A stretch of DNA of 64,000 nucleotides from positions 15,004,001-15,068,000 of the forward strand of contig NW_027266264.1 in the NCBI RefSeq assembly GCF_022045235.1. The letters run 5' to 3'. Shown here one piece after another: positions 35,516 through 49,832 of this stretch. Origin of the DNA: Haliotis cracherodii (Eukaryota). Numbering within the stretch: position 1 is the stretch's first letter; every line of letters begins with the position of its first letter. The notes under the pieces are model-generated. The model was given only the letters and a program-made list of their open reading frames with translations, ran no database searches and was not told the origin of the DNA. The position numbers were made by a program, and so were the translations under genes.

Positions 35516-36871
35516 GTGAGTGAGTTTCAGTTATGATCAAGTCTGCAGTCCTTGGAGTTATCTGCTTTTAACCTAGAGGCTCTTCAGAAGAAATGTTGAG
35601 TAAGCCAATATCAAAATTGGTTAATATATGCAGCCCTTGGAGTCAACATGTATTAATAACGGATATTGTAGCAGCCCTTGCAATAATCCACTATTAACCA
35701 AGAGATACGTTAGCAATCCTTAAAGTTAATCGCTATTAACCAAGAGGTAATTTAGCAGTACTAAAATGGGACTCTTTAGCAGCCATGAGAGAATGCCATT
35801 ATTAGTTAAAGGATCCATCAGCAGTACTTGAAATAAAACAAACTCTGCTAAAAGCACAACGATTGTACGATTCCGACTATATCATAGGCATGTGTTCACA
35901 AATCACCGGCGAAACGGTGAGCGTATCTTGTCCCATCGGTGGCACCAGTCACAAACACATGCAAATGCAAGTCAATACTCACCTGTAAAAACACAGGAAA
36001 ATTTAGTACAAGTCAGAATAGGGATTTGCATCGGATATCATTTTAGTCGAATTAGGAAATGTCCCCCATATGTCAACCTCACAACTTTTTAAAAGCCTTA
36101 CGGAGACCTTGAATGACGTCAACAAATTTGAGCAAGCGTCGTACGAAGCTCCTTGTACTCTTCGTAGAAAGAGCATGGACGATTGTACAACACAAATTGT
36201 GAATTGTAACCACCAAAGGCTGGTGCTGCTGGAATATTGCACGATATAAAGGGAAAGTTGACTATTAGAAAGTTTAAGTCATCCCTCTTGTCATACAGTC
36301 TTGTGGAGAGTATTTTGTCACTCTGAATCTTTATGCATATACCTAAATATTAAACAGATGCGGCGGTTTTACTGGTAAAATTATTTCAGTGCAGCTGGGT
36401 TCAGTGGAAGGGAATTCAGTTTCATCCAAGGAGTAGTTCAACAGTCCTTGATGATGGAATCCTCGACATAAATTGTTCACTGAATTACTGAAGTACAGAA
36501 CAGAGAACCCGAAACTTGCAGAACAGTGCAACAACTTTGGATGGCATATTTTACTAAATAAATTGTTCGCTTATTTCTTTCTTAATTTGGTTCTAGTTTT
36601 CGAAAGAATGGAGCGCCTATACTAGCAAATACAACTGAAACATTTTGATACAGATTGCTTCGGGCGGTTATGGCAAGGTAACTGCCATTGGCTAAAGAAC
36701 AGCAAACTTCAGTTGGCTTTTTCGATTGAATAACATATAATGTAAGAAATCCTTATCCACCCAATAGGATTTTGGAAATAGACTCAAAGCAGTGTTGACA
36801 CTACTCACTACAGTCTCACGGGATTGTAAAACAAAAGAATCAATAAGTACTGATTACAAAACCCACCGCCA

Positions 36872-37068
36872 TATAAATAGCCAAAACCGACACTTCGTGG
36901 AGTATGGTTGTGGAAATTACTACACCTCATCTATCAAGATATGTCAGGTGTCGACCATGTATGACATATGTTTTCCGTGTCCAGATTAACTTTGACAAGC
37001 CAACGTCCAACTATCATTACATTCTTCATGTGGATATCAGTCGGATCACCAGATGTACAAAGGTAAGT
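36872..37068 (+). promoter_or_regulatory. Putative TATA promoter and non-coding first exon (copy 1)
   Basis: TATAAA at 36872 and a perfect AAG|GTAAGT donor at 37063, both retained in the paralogous block at 49645-49832. Confidence 0.45.
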
Positions 37069-39479
37069 AATTACTGAAACTAACTTGAAATAATGCTGAA
37101 CAACATGTCTACATGACTGATTTCCGTTGACATTAACAGAGATAACGTCAGTTAATTACCTGTGGAAAGTGGAGAAAAGGGTTAAAAGGTCTTTTATCAG
37201 GTAATATTTCCTTTCATTGGTTATTTGATAGGGTGCATATATGAACGTAGGAGCTGTAAATGATGTCTAAAAAAATGGACTGAAGCAGGTCAACAGCTTG
37301 TTCTTGAAAGCTGATTGACATGTGAATATGTGTTTCACATTTCAAAATGTTAAAAGCTTGCTAAATAAGATTCATACAATGAATAAAATGACCATTAAGT
37401 CTGAACATTTTAAAATTCACAATCTTCTGAAAATCATAATAAACAGATCGTCAATATCCATATAAGTTAAGAAGTTGAAGATACCGCCTGATGGATAAAG
37501 GGTAGGGGAATACAGGTTTGTAAATAATGCATTTGCATCATGACATGAGGGGTGACACTAAAGTACAATGTAGGATTGAAAACGCAATATATACTTGATG
37601 TAATCACATTGGTATTATATTATGTCTAATTTATATTTAGATATATCTTTCTGCACTTAGGTCTAGCTTCGTGACAGTTTAGTATCAATGCCAGTATGTC
37701 TAATGATTGGTTAACTGCTGGAATAAAATCATTTTTCTTCAAGTTTTACAAAAATACAAATGTCGTTCACTGCATATGGATGATGCTCTTACAGTTAGTA
37801 TGTTGTGGGAACAGTCATCGTTGATTGAAAAAAATATCTCAAACAAACATCCCACTAACTGTCAATGCTTAATTATTTCCATCTTTTAAAGTCTCTCTCG
37901 ATAGAAACCTCACAACACCGATAAAATAACACTTTTACTATCAAGCACTGGGCTCATGTCCAGATAAACGAGGAGGGAGAGAGGAGGCATGTAAAAATGT
38001 TACATGTATTTCTTTTAACTGAGGTTAGAGGGTGTCAGCGAAATATGATACAGTTCAAAGGTCAATCCCACCGGCCCTTCCACCTCTATAATAAATTACC
38101 AGTCCATTTCAAATCGCGATTCGCAAATTGCTTCCCGTAGTCGCGACAGGATCCGCTGATCGGGGATTCTACTCGCAGATTTGTACAATGTTGATCCTTT
38201 GTTTGGCAGCACAAAACTCGAAGCTGGCTCACACGCCGTGATGTAAGACTTGGTATCTGCATGTGTATCGGCTTAAACTATAACCCCAAGGAACCTTGCT
38301 TGCAGGGATCGATATAGCCTTATGAAACATTAAAAAGGGCAATCTAATATTTATGTCTACATGCACCAAGTACATGTAAAAAAATGGATTTGTGTCTGAC
38401 TATCCCTTTAGGTTCCAAACAAAATTGACCTTTGAACACACTCAATACCTCTAAAGTTTATTTATCATTTATAAATAATCCATGTGTTAATTTGTTATGC
38501 TTCATGTGGGTACTTCAAGATAATGTTCACATGTTCCAATCACGTTTTACAAAATTGCGTCATTAATTTATGTGACACTGGCAGCAGACCAGCCAATGTT
38601 CAACTTTGCTAAATTTATGGGACCAAGGTGCAACCTGGTTGTTTTTTGGGGGCGTATCCTGCTTATCAGATCAACATGCAACTAGTGTTTTAACTAGGGT
38701 GTGTGCAAGTCGCTCTCTGGATCATCGACGTCTCAAACAAATGGGAACAAGTGTGGTTGACGGTAAGAGGCTGTAGAGGAAATATCGATATCACTTTTCT
38801 GCAGTGCGATCTACAAACTTCGCCCCTTTCCTTAGGGGCCGGTCATGTTCATTGTGGTCTTCATTGGTTCATGCTTTGTATTTATTTACCAAAATCGCAA
38901 GATCATTATTTTAACACGGATGACAAGGAAGAATCTATCTAGTCCATGAATTAGTTTTCCATAATTTAACTTGACATCTTGGCCACGCAAGACAACCGTC
39001 AACTTTCCTCGGGGTCCTTTCATTTCAACATTTACACATACCATTTCACAGATAGACATGTGATCAAAGCACCTTTCCTGAAAGGCTAAAGATTATTTTG
39101 AAGTTAATTTGCGACTTAACTTTGTTATATCACCTGTAAGTGGCAACAGGAAGGTAATCGAAAATGTATATGGTTGCAATTGTGAGTTGCACAACTCGTC
39201 CTGACTAAGGTTCCAGGTTTGTCAGTACCAGTGGGTTTCACAAAAGTGGAATACTTCTTAGACCTGCATCACCTCGGGCTTTCACTCCAAATCAAGCATA
39301 CACGCCGTGATAACCAGTATAAATAAAATACTGTTCAAATCAGATATTGCCAAACTCAAGCATAGGTTGAGTATGATGACTGTACCAAATGTTCAGAAAC
39401 TGTGAAATATTTACATTCCATCTTACCAAGCATTGTTCTGATGTTTATCCGTGTTTGTTTTATAACTTTTTCAAGACTC

Positions 39480-40200
39480 TATTAAGTCAAGAATCTACAG
39501 TTGAATTATTAGATTTTGATCGTCAAGGGAATGACTTTGTTAATTACCACAATTGTGATGCAGGTGATTATTACCTGCTAAATATGGTGTTATCGGAGAT
39601 AACTGATGCAGAGATTACCAAACTGAAGATATGAAGAATGGGAAAGCACCGGGGGCAGATGGCATTCCTGCAGAATTCCTGGAGGTGATTCCTAGAATTC
39701 GACATTTCTTTATTGCTCTATATCTAAAACTCCTATTTAAAAAACATTCTGGGTCATGGAGTTTTTCCCGCAGCAAGGGATATTTGTATGATGTTACCTT
39801 TGTTTAAATTAGGTAGTAAAGCTGATCCTAATATTTACCGTGGAAAATCCCTATTAATCCCTGGAAAATTGTTCACTGCTATTACTGAAAGGAGACTAAG
39901 AACATGGATTGAATCAAATGACCTATTATCAGAGTCACAAGCTGGTTTCCGAGCACAGTATTCCACAACAGACAACGTATTCACTTTACACGCATTATGC
40001 AGTAAATATCTGTGCTGACAAATAGAACGTTTCATTTGTGCTTTTATAGATTTTTAAAAAGTATTTGACCTTGTATCAAGAAAAAGTTTTTTATACTTAT
40101 TGTTACAGAAAGGATTTCATGGAGGGTTTCACAGTATTCTTAAAAACATGTACGGCCACGTTAAATATTGTTTGAAAATTGATATTGAGATAACCCCATA
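39480..40200 (+). mobile_element. Degenerate L2/CR1-like LINE RT fragment (paralogue of 19620-20500)
   Basis: KAPGADGIPAEFL, LPLFKLGSKADPNIYRGKSLL and LSESQAGFRAQYSTTDNVFTL. Confidence 0.82.
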
Positions 40201-43200
40201 ACTTAAATGCATACATTTATATTTCACAAAGTATTGAAGATTTGGTGCTCCTTTTGTTACTGACGATGTTGTGATATTTTCATATATTGGCATTCGCCTA
40301 CAGAGACAACTTGATAGGACAGTGATACGTGTTGATCCAGCTCCTGGGTTCCAGTCTTTGGTCAATGATGCACTTTTGGCTAAATATAACATTGCTTTGG
40401 AATAAGGAAGAAGTAAAAAATGTTAATAAAAATCATGTAGCGGAAAAGGTTATTCAAGAACTTGAGGTTGAAATACGTCATCATGATCCGTCAGGTTGTG
40501 TAGTGTCTCGACAGGGGCTTCAGGAAGTATAGTCCACCTCAGAACAGGGACCATCTGTCTATTTACCACCACAGTCATGGTGTTCATCTGAACAGTCGAC
40601 ACACCCTAGAGGGGCACCTGCTCACTCTGCCAGCTCTTTGACACGCCGCTCAACTCACCAGCGAAACACTCCAAGCGTGTCCATTTCGCTCCCTTAGTTT
40701 TGTCAAAGATAGCATTCTAATTCAATTTGCAAGTGAAAGCAATATATTTTTACCTTTGGAAGAAATTGTCATGGGAAAGCTAGCCCAGCACAGAAGATGG
40801 CGCACTAAGGGACGTAACTCCAATTTCTCACCATCCCGACTGATATCCATAACCATTCAAACTGCATTAACAGACCGTATCAGCCTTGCAGGGGGGTGTA
40901 ATACGGGTCTGGGTATTACACTGCGCTATAACCGTCTCCATGTCGACTCTATCGCACATACAAAATGCCTCATCTCATAGATAGGTACATGAATAAAAAA
41001 CACCATATGAACAAAATGATCGTCTGCTTTTTTTATATTGGAGGTGTAAGTCATTTGATGCTTATTGCTCGTGAGATGTCTTGAGACAGAAGGGGATGTG
41101 TAGTAACTAGAGAGATGTTTGCAATTATAAATTAAATTTGGAGCCGCAACTTTACCGCCATTTCATCAAAATTGAAATTTCAGATTACTCAGGTGAACAA
41201 TTGGCTTGCCTTTGCATGTGTTTGTGGTGGGTGCCACCGTTGAGGCAGTATACTCTCGCCACTATCGTCACTATTTGATAGTGATTCATAAACACATGCT
41301 CATGACATATTGGAATCGTAAATCAACTCTGCTCTCAGCAGAGATTTATTATGAATGTGGAAAGGGTTTTGTTTCCGAATTAATCAAGACAACTTTCCAT
41401 TCAACAACCATTCAAGTTTCATCATTGTACAAGCCATATGTGCACCAGGTGTAGCTGACAATGAATGATGCAAGCAGATTCGCAATAACGTCAAAGTAGC
41501 ATATGTTTTGAAAAATTTAAACATAAAGTTTGATCCCTGTAGAAGTAAGCATGCACTGGCAACAATGATGAGAACCATCGTTTCCAAAAACCTGAAAGAT
41601 GACATTGATCTTTCGATAATCTTATTCCAAACCTTTTTAAACAAGGATCGCGCCCTAGAGAAAGTATATACGAAGTTTCATGGCATACATACATGTAAGA
41701 TTATACAGGTATGACATCCATAAATAATAATCATCATTTGCACTCCATCATTGCAGGAATTGGGATCTCGAAATATGTGTTGTATACTAATTACTGAAGT
41801 CGTCAATAGAGAGTCTGTGCTTGTTTCTTGCCCAACCGTAGATTAAATGCTTCCGTTAGTAATAGGTATTATTACTCACTCAGTCTGTGATAATGGTGAC
41901 AACAAATGCTACTTTAGTTCAGTGTGTGCAACACTAAATATATAAAATCATATATAATTAGTACATAACTGTTATAAATTGTTATCATAATATTTTTATT
42001 GCTTGGCCTTCAAATTGTTTATCATATTCAAAATAGACTTACGTATTCTAAAGGTTGATCTCAAGCACCAGGTGCTTCTGGTCTGCTGCATTAGGTTTAT
42101 GCTGCGGCTTTGATATGTATATATCTTATTGAAATAAAACAAAATAAATATCAAAGAGACCATTGCTAGAACATCATTTGTAAGTTGAAATTAGGGACAT
42201 ATGGATGTAGATTCCAATAACATTTTATGCTGAATACATTAAACTCATTATAGAGAAATGCAAAACTTATGGATATGTGTCAGATCGTCTCTTGTACTCA
42301 AAACACTTGTGTCACAATCAGATCTAGAATCACCGGTTGTGTTTGTTTGTGTATTGTTTACACTGCATTCGGCAATGTTCCAACTTTAAGACAGCGACCT
42401 CTAAAAAAATCTAATCTAGACCTGAAAATTAAGTGTTTATATACGTTTATTATTACGCCAGAGAATAACCTCTCTTGATAGTTTGCCAAAACAGGTTCCA
42501 TTGAGCGGAAATTATATGAATGGAGCACTGAAAGTCGTTAATACCACCAGGTATTCGAGAAAAGGTTAAACGTGTCCTGTCCTCCTAATGTTTTTATATA
42601 CAAAACACTTCTTATAAAATAGAGATTTGACCCGGCATGTACAGAAGTGTTATAACAGTGTGGTTGATTACGTGTCGGACCCGTGCCGGAACATTATGTT
42701 AACCCACAAACCTGTACTTAAAATAACTTAGTGCGACACCAACAAATGGCATACAAACAACAAATGTATTACAAAGTTCACAACGTTTACAAATCAATAC
42801 AAATTACTGCACAGCAATTACAATGGTGGTACAATATTCAGTGGCAATATTTAATATGATGGCAGTGGTCAGTATCAAATACCAAAAGTCAGTGATAATA
42901 GCATATTCATCCAGCAACGACAGTGGCAACGCTTCCGAGAACGGCCTAGGCAGGGAATCCGGGATGATGAGTGATCTTCACAAGAAAGCTGGTCTTGATG
43001 TAATGACATGTGTGAGAGATACGAGAGTCACGTTTTTGTCCTCACAAAATAGAATATTCCAAATGTTTCAATGATACACTATCACAGTTCACGGTATTCT
43101 AAATATAGTAACTTCCCCAAAACTGCTTACTTTAAAAAAGTACTACATGAATCACTGTCCACATACATGTGTACAATGGAATGAGCTTCTACCGAATCTC

Positions 43201-46200
43201 ACCATAAACAATGTCATGCAATAAAATGTTGAGCCATTGTTTAACAATCAAATACAATGACATATTACAAGGTAGACTTGGTTTCGTGTGGTTAAATCAG
43301 GCAGGCTGGCAATTGTATTTTAAACACATTAAGTCCTCCCGATAAGTTCAATTTCTCTGTATTTTTGTGACTATTCTACCCAACGTCTCCACCGTCCGCA
43401 ATATCGTATACTTTGTATTATATATGTGTAACTCTCGTATGCTGTGGATCACTGCCAGAGTGTAAATAAAGTTCTGCCTTGTTCTATTCTGTTCTGAGAA
43501 TAGCAGAACCAGCAAACAAAAACTATAAGGGTCAGATCCCAGCGCGCCCGTTTACGTTTCTTTGTTTTGTCGGGACCGCACTGTGCTCGTGGCTTTCACC
43601 TGCATCACTTCGGGCTTTCCTCCCATATCAAACTGTCTTGCCGTGATATAACTGAATGTAGACTTACAAAGCGGCGCTAAACCAAACTCACTCACTCACT
43701 CATGACTAAGGCTGCGGCTAAGATACAACACCCATACACGTTCGGGAAACGCTCGTGACAAAATAATTATGCGTAGAATGGACCACTTTCAGTGCAGAGC
43801 GCCAACAGATCTTGCTCGGAAAAATATTGTGGAATTGTATACATATATGCTCGGCGTCTAAAACAGGAAAGATTTATGGACCGTCACATGCTATTTTCTA
43901 ATTTCCACAGGAAATATACGACGACTTTATCATTGTATTGCAAACATTAAACCGATAGCACATTTTCAGTATGAGACACACCTATGTATGTGTTTAAATT
44001 CGTATAAGTGCATTTCAAGGTGATCGACTACTTGACCCCAAAGACATGACGAGGACAGATAGGAGCGCTGAAAGATAAAAGGAAATTATTATAATTAATC
44101 GTTTCAGTTATGTCAAATGTCTTGATCGACCGATCTGAGTAAGTGTCCACGTCAATACCAGACTAGCATCACAATGCTTGCATGCTTCTACACATGTGTC
44201 GTAATTATTTTTATAACACGGTTCTATAACCCAAATGGCTAAGGTTCCACTTTCAATTGCATTGCTCAAGCAAATTGTGTATGTTTTGTAAATTCCAGGC
44301 ACACACCACATGTCAATACAATATTATGGTACAAATTGATACTAATTTGACATCCAGTATAACGCTAAAGTAAATGTACTCGTATATATGTATATGCATC
44401 GTCGGAGATCTGATCTGATAGTATATGTACTTGAATGAACATTTTGACAATGAAGAATGTGGTCCAATCGAAATTCATGTCAAATTTCGAAGATAACTTT
44501 CAAACTTGTCATTTGTACGACATTCCATGGGTGTGTGCATATTCTTTCATGGGTCCGTTATTCTTGATAGAGTGACTTCGTGTGTTAAACTGTAACATTA
44601 AATTACCTGCATAAAAAAACAATGTATAATATAATAAAAATCTCAATTGGGAGAATGCTTCTTTTAAAATGCTATGCTTTACGATATATTTGAAATGAAA
44701 TGAAAATTCCATACATTACATCTGCGTTCTCTAACTATATTTCAAATATATTGAAATCCCAGGAATTCATAATTGTTGTCACTTCATCGATCGGCATGTG
44801 TTTATAAATCACTCTCAAACAGTGATGATACCAGGTGCTGGCGAAAAGGGCAGCTTTTCCAGTCCCAAAGGCATATGCAAGTTCATTTCAACGAACGCGG
44901 GGAACGCAAATCAAATAAAGCGACAAAACCCTTTCCATATCCAACATGAATCTCTACAAGAGCAGAGTCGATTGTACGATTCCGACTATATCATGAGCAT
45001 GTGTTTATGAATCACTATCAAATAGTAATGATACCAGGTGTTCGCGAAAAGGTGAGCGTATCCTGTCCCACCGGTGGCAACCGTCACAAACACATGCACA
45101 GGCAAGTCAATTCTTCACCTGAAAAATAACACGGGAACATATGGTCCAAGTCAAAATACAGAATTGCATCGGACATCAATTTTGTCACAAATGCGTTTTG
45201 TCCACTTGTGCATGATCATAAGAAATGTCTGCTAAAAGAGGAACCAAACACTATCATAAGCATGTTTTCATGAATCGCTATCAAATAGCTATACCAGAAA
45301 AAGGTGATGCAAATGTCTAATTTTTGAAATATTGAATGTTGTAAGCCTGATCAAACTACATTGTGAAATGTAGACACCAAAGGTTGGAGCTGCTAGAATA
45401 TTGCTCGACATAAAGTCATCCCTCTTGTCTTGCCATGTGGGGAGATTTTAGTTTGTAGCCACTCTGAGTCTCATCGATCTAAATATGAAATAGATGAGAC
45501 GTTTTACTGGCCTCATCTATCTCTAGTCCAGCTGGGTAAATCAGAGGAAGAGAATTGACAATATGACCAATATGGAACAATTTCCAGTTCATTGATATAC
45601 CTAAAGCTTATAATGATAGTTAAACGTCTTGGCGAAATTCCCTTGTTTTCATTTTGCCTTTACAGAAATGTTTATGCATAAGAAAAGGTCCTGAACCGTT
45701 GAAGATAGAGATGTTTTTCGTGTAGCATAGTGACGTTCAAAGTTCAAAAATTAAATGTTTTGACATAATTGAAAATGGTTCTTTTCTGTGATTGCAGATT
45801 CAAGCAGATCCTTGATGTTTTGAGAATCCACATGGTATTGCTTACACTTGTCTCAAACATTTTTTCTGAATATATAAAAAAAACTTCCTTTTTGTATTCG
45901 GCACTTACTGGTTACTCCTTGAGACAGGGTTTCGGTGGTACATTTAACTTTGCTGGACCAAACAATATCCTTCTCATTATACCTTGAAAATAATCCATAA
46001 ATCCATGATAATTTAACATATTTTGGATTTTGACATAATCCAAAAAAGAAATTTCAATTTATTAACTGCTTGGTTAAAGAGACTATTACTTCTGTCCTAG
46101 CAAGTGTAGTATTATAGTTAGCATAGCAAGTGTCTGGATAAGCGAGGTTCGACTATACATACTAAAAGAAGCTTTGCTCTGATCAACCACATACCATTAG

Positions 46201-46265
46201 TCTATAAATTTTAACATTATGTACGACAACAAACCATTCCTTGTTTGTAATTTCAGTTCGTGAAA

Positions 46266-47117
46266 ATGGGAGTGATGGGTTATCGGTTATTGTTGGCAAT
46301 GCTTACAACAGCTGCAGTTGCTGACGCATATCAACCAAAAGGAAAGGGTTATAGCATTCCACGGGTTCACCCAAAGGGATCACTTCCAGTTCACCCAAAG
46401 GGAGATATCGTCGCAATAAACAATACTCGTCACTTGGAGAAGCCCTTACTTCCTCAGCTTCCACTGCATTTAAACTCAAAGGGTTCATTTCTTCATGGTC
46501 ACAGACGTTTAACACCTGTGAACCCAACAGGAGCTATATTACCTCCAAGACCCTACTCACCACGTTACAATCTGCGAGGGTCCTACCTTGCTGTGCGTCC
46601 TAAAGGTCAGCTAGAACCAAGCACCCCACTAGGATTACATCAACCTCAAACAAATATTGTTTACCCCAATTATCCTTCTGACCCATCGGCAAACAAACCA
46701 ACCGTTTCTCCCTGGGACAAGAAGAAGCAAACGCACCCGTCCAACCAACACAATCCATGGGTCAAAAGCCAAAATACCCCCACAGCGCCCAATCAACAAA
46801 CAAATCCGTCTGAACCTGCTGGACAAGTGAAGGATCTTAATAGCCAAGATCAACGTCAAAGCCGTTATGTGCAACGTGTTAATCTGAATAACCATGGTCA
46901 ACAAGGAAACCGTATTGATCCCCGGCTTGCTGTTGGACAAAACCCAAACTATCAAGACCAAGGTGTGCCTCCAAGTCAACCTGGAGGTTGGCAATTGACA
47001 AACCCTTCCACCAATGACCAGTTCCCTCCTGACACGTGGCAAGTGGTAGACCCATCACCTCAAGGCCAAAATCCATCTGACCCATGGTTATCAAGCCCAA
47101 AACACGCAATGCAATAG
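46266..47117 (+). CDS. Secreted Cys-free Pro/Gln-rich protein X2, shorter paralogue of X1, 283 aa, single coding exon
   Basis: Acceptor TTTCAG at 46256, ATG at 46266, signal peptide MGVMGYRLLLAMLTTAAVADA; colinear with X1 apart from two missing blocks. 3'-UTR intron 47158-47352, AATAAA at 47533. Confidence 0.85.
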   Translation: MGVMGYRLLLAMLTTAAVADAYQPKGKGYSIPRVHPKGSLPVHPKGDIVAINNTRHLEKPLLPQLPLHLNSKGSFLHGHRRLTPVNPTGAILPPRPYSPRYNLRGSYLAVRPKGQLEPSTPLGLHQPQTNIVYPNYPSDPSANKPTVSPWDKKKQTHPSNQHNPWVKSQNTPTAPNQQTNPSEPAGQVKDLNSQDQRQSRYVQRVNLNNHGQQGNRIDPRLAVGQNPNYQDQGVPPSQPGGWQLTNPSTNDQFPPDTWQVVDPSPQGQNPSDPWLSSPKHAMQ

Positions 47118-47759
47118 CTGGTTAACAAACACCATGACAGTGCATCCAATGATATAAGTAAGTATGTGAGTAAATCTACACAAATAGTAAAAGTCTCAAA
47201 TGGTGAAGACGGCTTTTTTCACATATATATAATAATGTCTGAAATATGATGCTTTATCTTTACCTTTCTTATCGAAATTGTCTTTGCAAAATATAATATT
47301 TTAATGATTAAGATTTATTATATGGTCCGATTCTCTCATTTTATGACTCCAGATACTTGATTCCTCAACAAGTACAAAGATCCTCCTTTCCGTGCTACTG
47401 GTAAAAAATTCAGAACAATCGCAGGGACGTACAACACGAAACTGGTCGAATCAATACACAACATGAGCCCAGTTCAACTATATTACTATCTTATATTTGT
47501 GTTTCTACAATGAATATAGTTCCGCCAAGATAAATAAATGAAAGAAATTGTCATCATTGTGTATGTTTTTGTACGTTTTGGATTAAACCTTTAGTGACCC
47601 TTACACTACCAGTGCCACAGTTGTATAAACTTTAATTTTCGTCACATATTATACCGCTGTAAATAATACCCTCTGCGTATGGTTTTGTCTCGATACATAG
47701 GAATGCAGGGGCATATCGGATGGTTATTGCTGAAGTCGATCATGTGTAACCTTAGTTGA

Positions 47760-48490
47760 CAGATTGCACAATGATTGACTCAGGTTTTCACGAGAGGCTA
47801 TCTGAACGACCACTGCATCGAGTCTATGTGCAGCGTGATGAGAATATCAGCAACCTTGTGGAGTCCTTCGCCTGGATGAAGTCGGCTGGCCTGAACAGTG
47901 AAATAGAAGGCTTTCTGTTTGCTGCTCAGGACCAGTCACTTCCCACTCGAAACTGTCAATGTGTGGTTTTGCATCAAAATGTAAAAGATGTAGATTATGC
48001 AATGAGTGCAATGACACTGTCCAACACATTGTCAGTGGGTGCCCGACTTTGGAACAAACACAATATCTTAAGCGACATGATGGAGTGATTCGATCCTTTT
48101 ATTACCGTCTCCGCCATGCTTGTGGTTTTGACTCAGAGGCCCATCCATGGTACGACCCACAATATGTAGAGGGCGTCATGGAAAATGATAAATACAAAAT
48201 TCTTTGGAATAGGCCCGTATGCAGTCTCAGACCTATCCAGGCCAACAAACCTGATCATGTCCTTTTTGATCAATCCAATGAAATCATATATATATTATTG
48301 GATTTTCTGTCCCTTTTGACACACATGTGATTGACAAGATTCAGGGAAAACATGTCAAATATGCGGACCGCACTTTCGAAATGTCACGCTTGCTTCCCAG
48401 GTACCAAGTTGTCCGACTCCCCACTGTTCTAGGTGCCTTAGGTTCGGTACCTCCCAATCCCATTGTAGGCCTAGCCAGCCTGACTGTCTT
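47760..48490 (+). mobile_element. R4/Dong-like non-LTR retrotransposon C-terminal fragment (CCHC zinc knuckle and restriction-like endonuclease), frameshifted
   Basis: EGFLFAAQDQSLPTRN, CRLC...DTVQHIVSGC...YLKRHDGV, KILWN...ANKPD, KYAD and PTVLGALGSVP across three frames. Confidence 0.85.
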
Positions 48491-48593
48491 ATACGTTATT
48501 GTGAGTGAGTTTCAGTTACGATCATATCTGCAGTTCAGTTATCTCCCATTAACCAAGAGGTTATTCAACAGCAGGAGTACGCCATTATCAAGA

Positions 48594-48918
48594 GACCGCC
48601 TCCGTGGTCTTGTGGTAGAGCATCCGCCCGGAGTGCGGAAGGTCCGGGGTTCATACCAAAAGTCGTTTAAAGATGGTACTTGTTGTTACCCTGTCTGGCG
48701 CTCGGCATTATGGTCTAAAACAAGGACTGGTCGGCTCGGAGTCAGTATACTGTGTCTGAGTGGGGTAATCATGTTAAACTGCGGCATGGTATCTCATTGA
48801 GCTAGCACTATAAATCGGCATGTGTCCGGACTAGTACAAGCAGCCACACACACGTACATACACGTCGCTGTATAAGTGCAATAATCTTGGACGCGACGTT
48901 AAAGCCCATTTCATCTCA
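48594..48918 (+). mobile_element. Meta-domain-like tRNA SINE (family D), full length with TSD
   Basis: tRNA-like head GACCGCCTCCGTGGTCTTGTGGTAGAGC, body GATGGTACTTGTTG...ACTGGTCGGCTCGGAGTCAG...GAGCTAGCACTATAAA, flanked by CCATTATCAA. Confidence 0.82.
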
Positions 48919-49644
48919 CCATTATCAAAAAGGGATACCTTTGCAACCCTTGGAATCAACCTGTATTAAAAGGGATAATGTGGCAGCCCTTGAAGTAATC
49001 CACTATTAAAATTGGAGCTGCTGTATTATTGCTCGACAAAAGGGAAAGTATTTTGTCACTCTGAATCTTTATAATCATATCTAAATATGAAACATATGAG
49101 GTAACTGGTAACTTGTATTTCAAGTTCAGATGGATTCAATGGAATGGAATTGGCTATCTGAAAATTGAACGATATCGTAATTCAGTTTTAACCAAGGAGT
49201 TGTTCAACAGTCCTTGAAGATGGAATCCTCGACATAAATTGTTCACTGAATTACTGAAGTACAGAACAGAGAACCCTAAACAGTCAATACACTTTTATGG
49301 ATGACCACTTTTCTTAAACAAATGGTTCGCTCATTTCTTTCTTAACTTGGTTCTAGCTTTGTTGAAAGAATGAAGCGCATATACCAGCAAATACAGCTGA
49401 ATGTGAAACAATTTGTTAGAAATGCCTTCGCATGGTTATGGCAAGGTAACTGTCATGGGCTACATAATAGCAAACTTCAGCTGTCTTTTTCGATTAAATC
49501 ACATACAATGTAAGAATACGAATCAAATCAATAGGGTTTTGGAAATAGAAGCAAAGGAATTTAGATACTACTCACCACACAGTATTGTAAGACAAAGGGA
49601 CCAATAACTATACCAAACCAAGTATATGCATGTTCTCCCCGCCA

Positions 49645-49832
49645 TATAAATCACCACTTCGTGGAGGACGGTTGTGGAACTCACTACATCTCATCTATCA
49701 AGATATGTCAGGTGTCGACCATGTGTGACATATGTTTTACGTGTCCAGATTGACTTGGACAAATCAACGTCCAAATGCCATTACCTTCTTCAGGAGGATA
49801 TCATTTGGATCACCAAGTATACAAAGGTAAGT
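49645..49832 (+). promoter_or_regulatory. Putative TATA promoter and non-coding first exon (copy 2), probably of the 840-aa gene
   Basis: TATAAA at 49645, AAG|GTAAGT donor at 49827; the next coding-exon acceptor downstream is at 52534. Confidence 0.45.

Larger units (their letters stand above)
19370..37720 (+). repeat. Tandem segmental duplication, copy 1 (paralogous to ~39120-51895)
   Basis: Colinear matching blocks: 19370/39120, 20690/40680, 21690/41485, 23115/43328, 25330/44525, 26640/45935, 30720/47680, 35515/48500, 36240/49030, 37670/50330. Confidence 0.9.
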
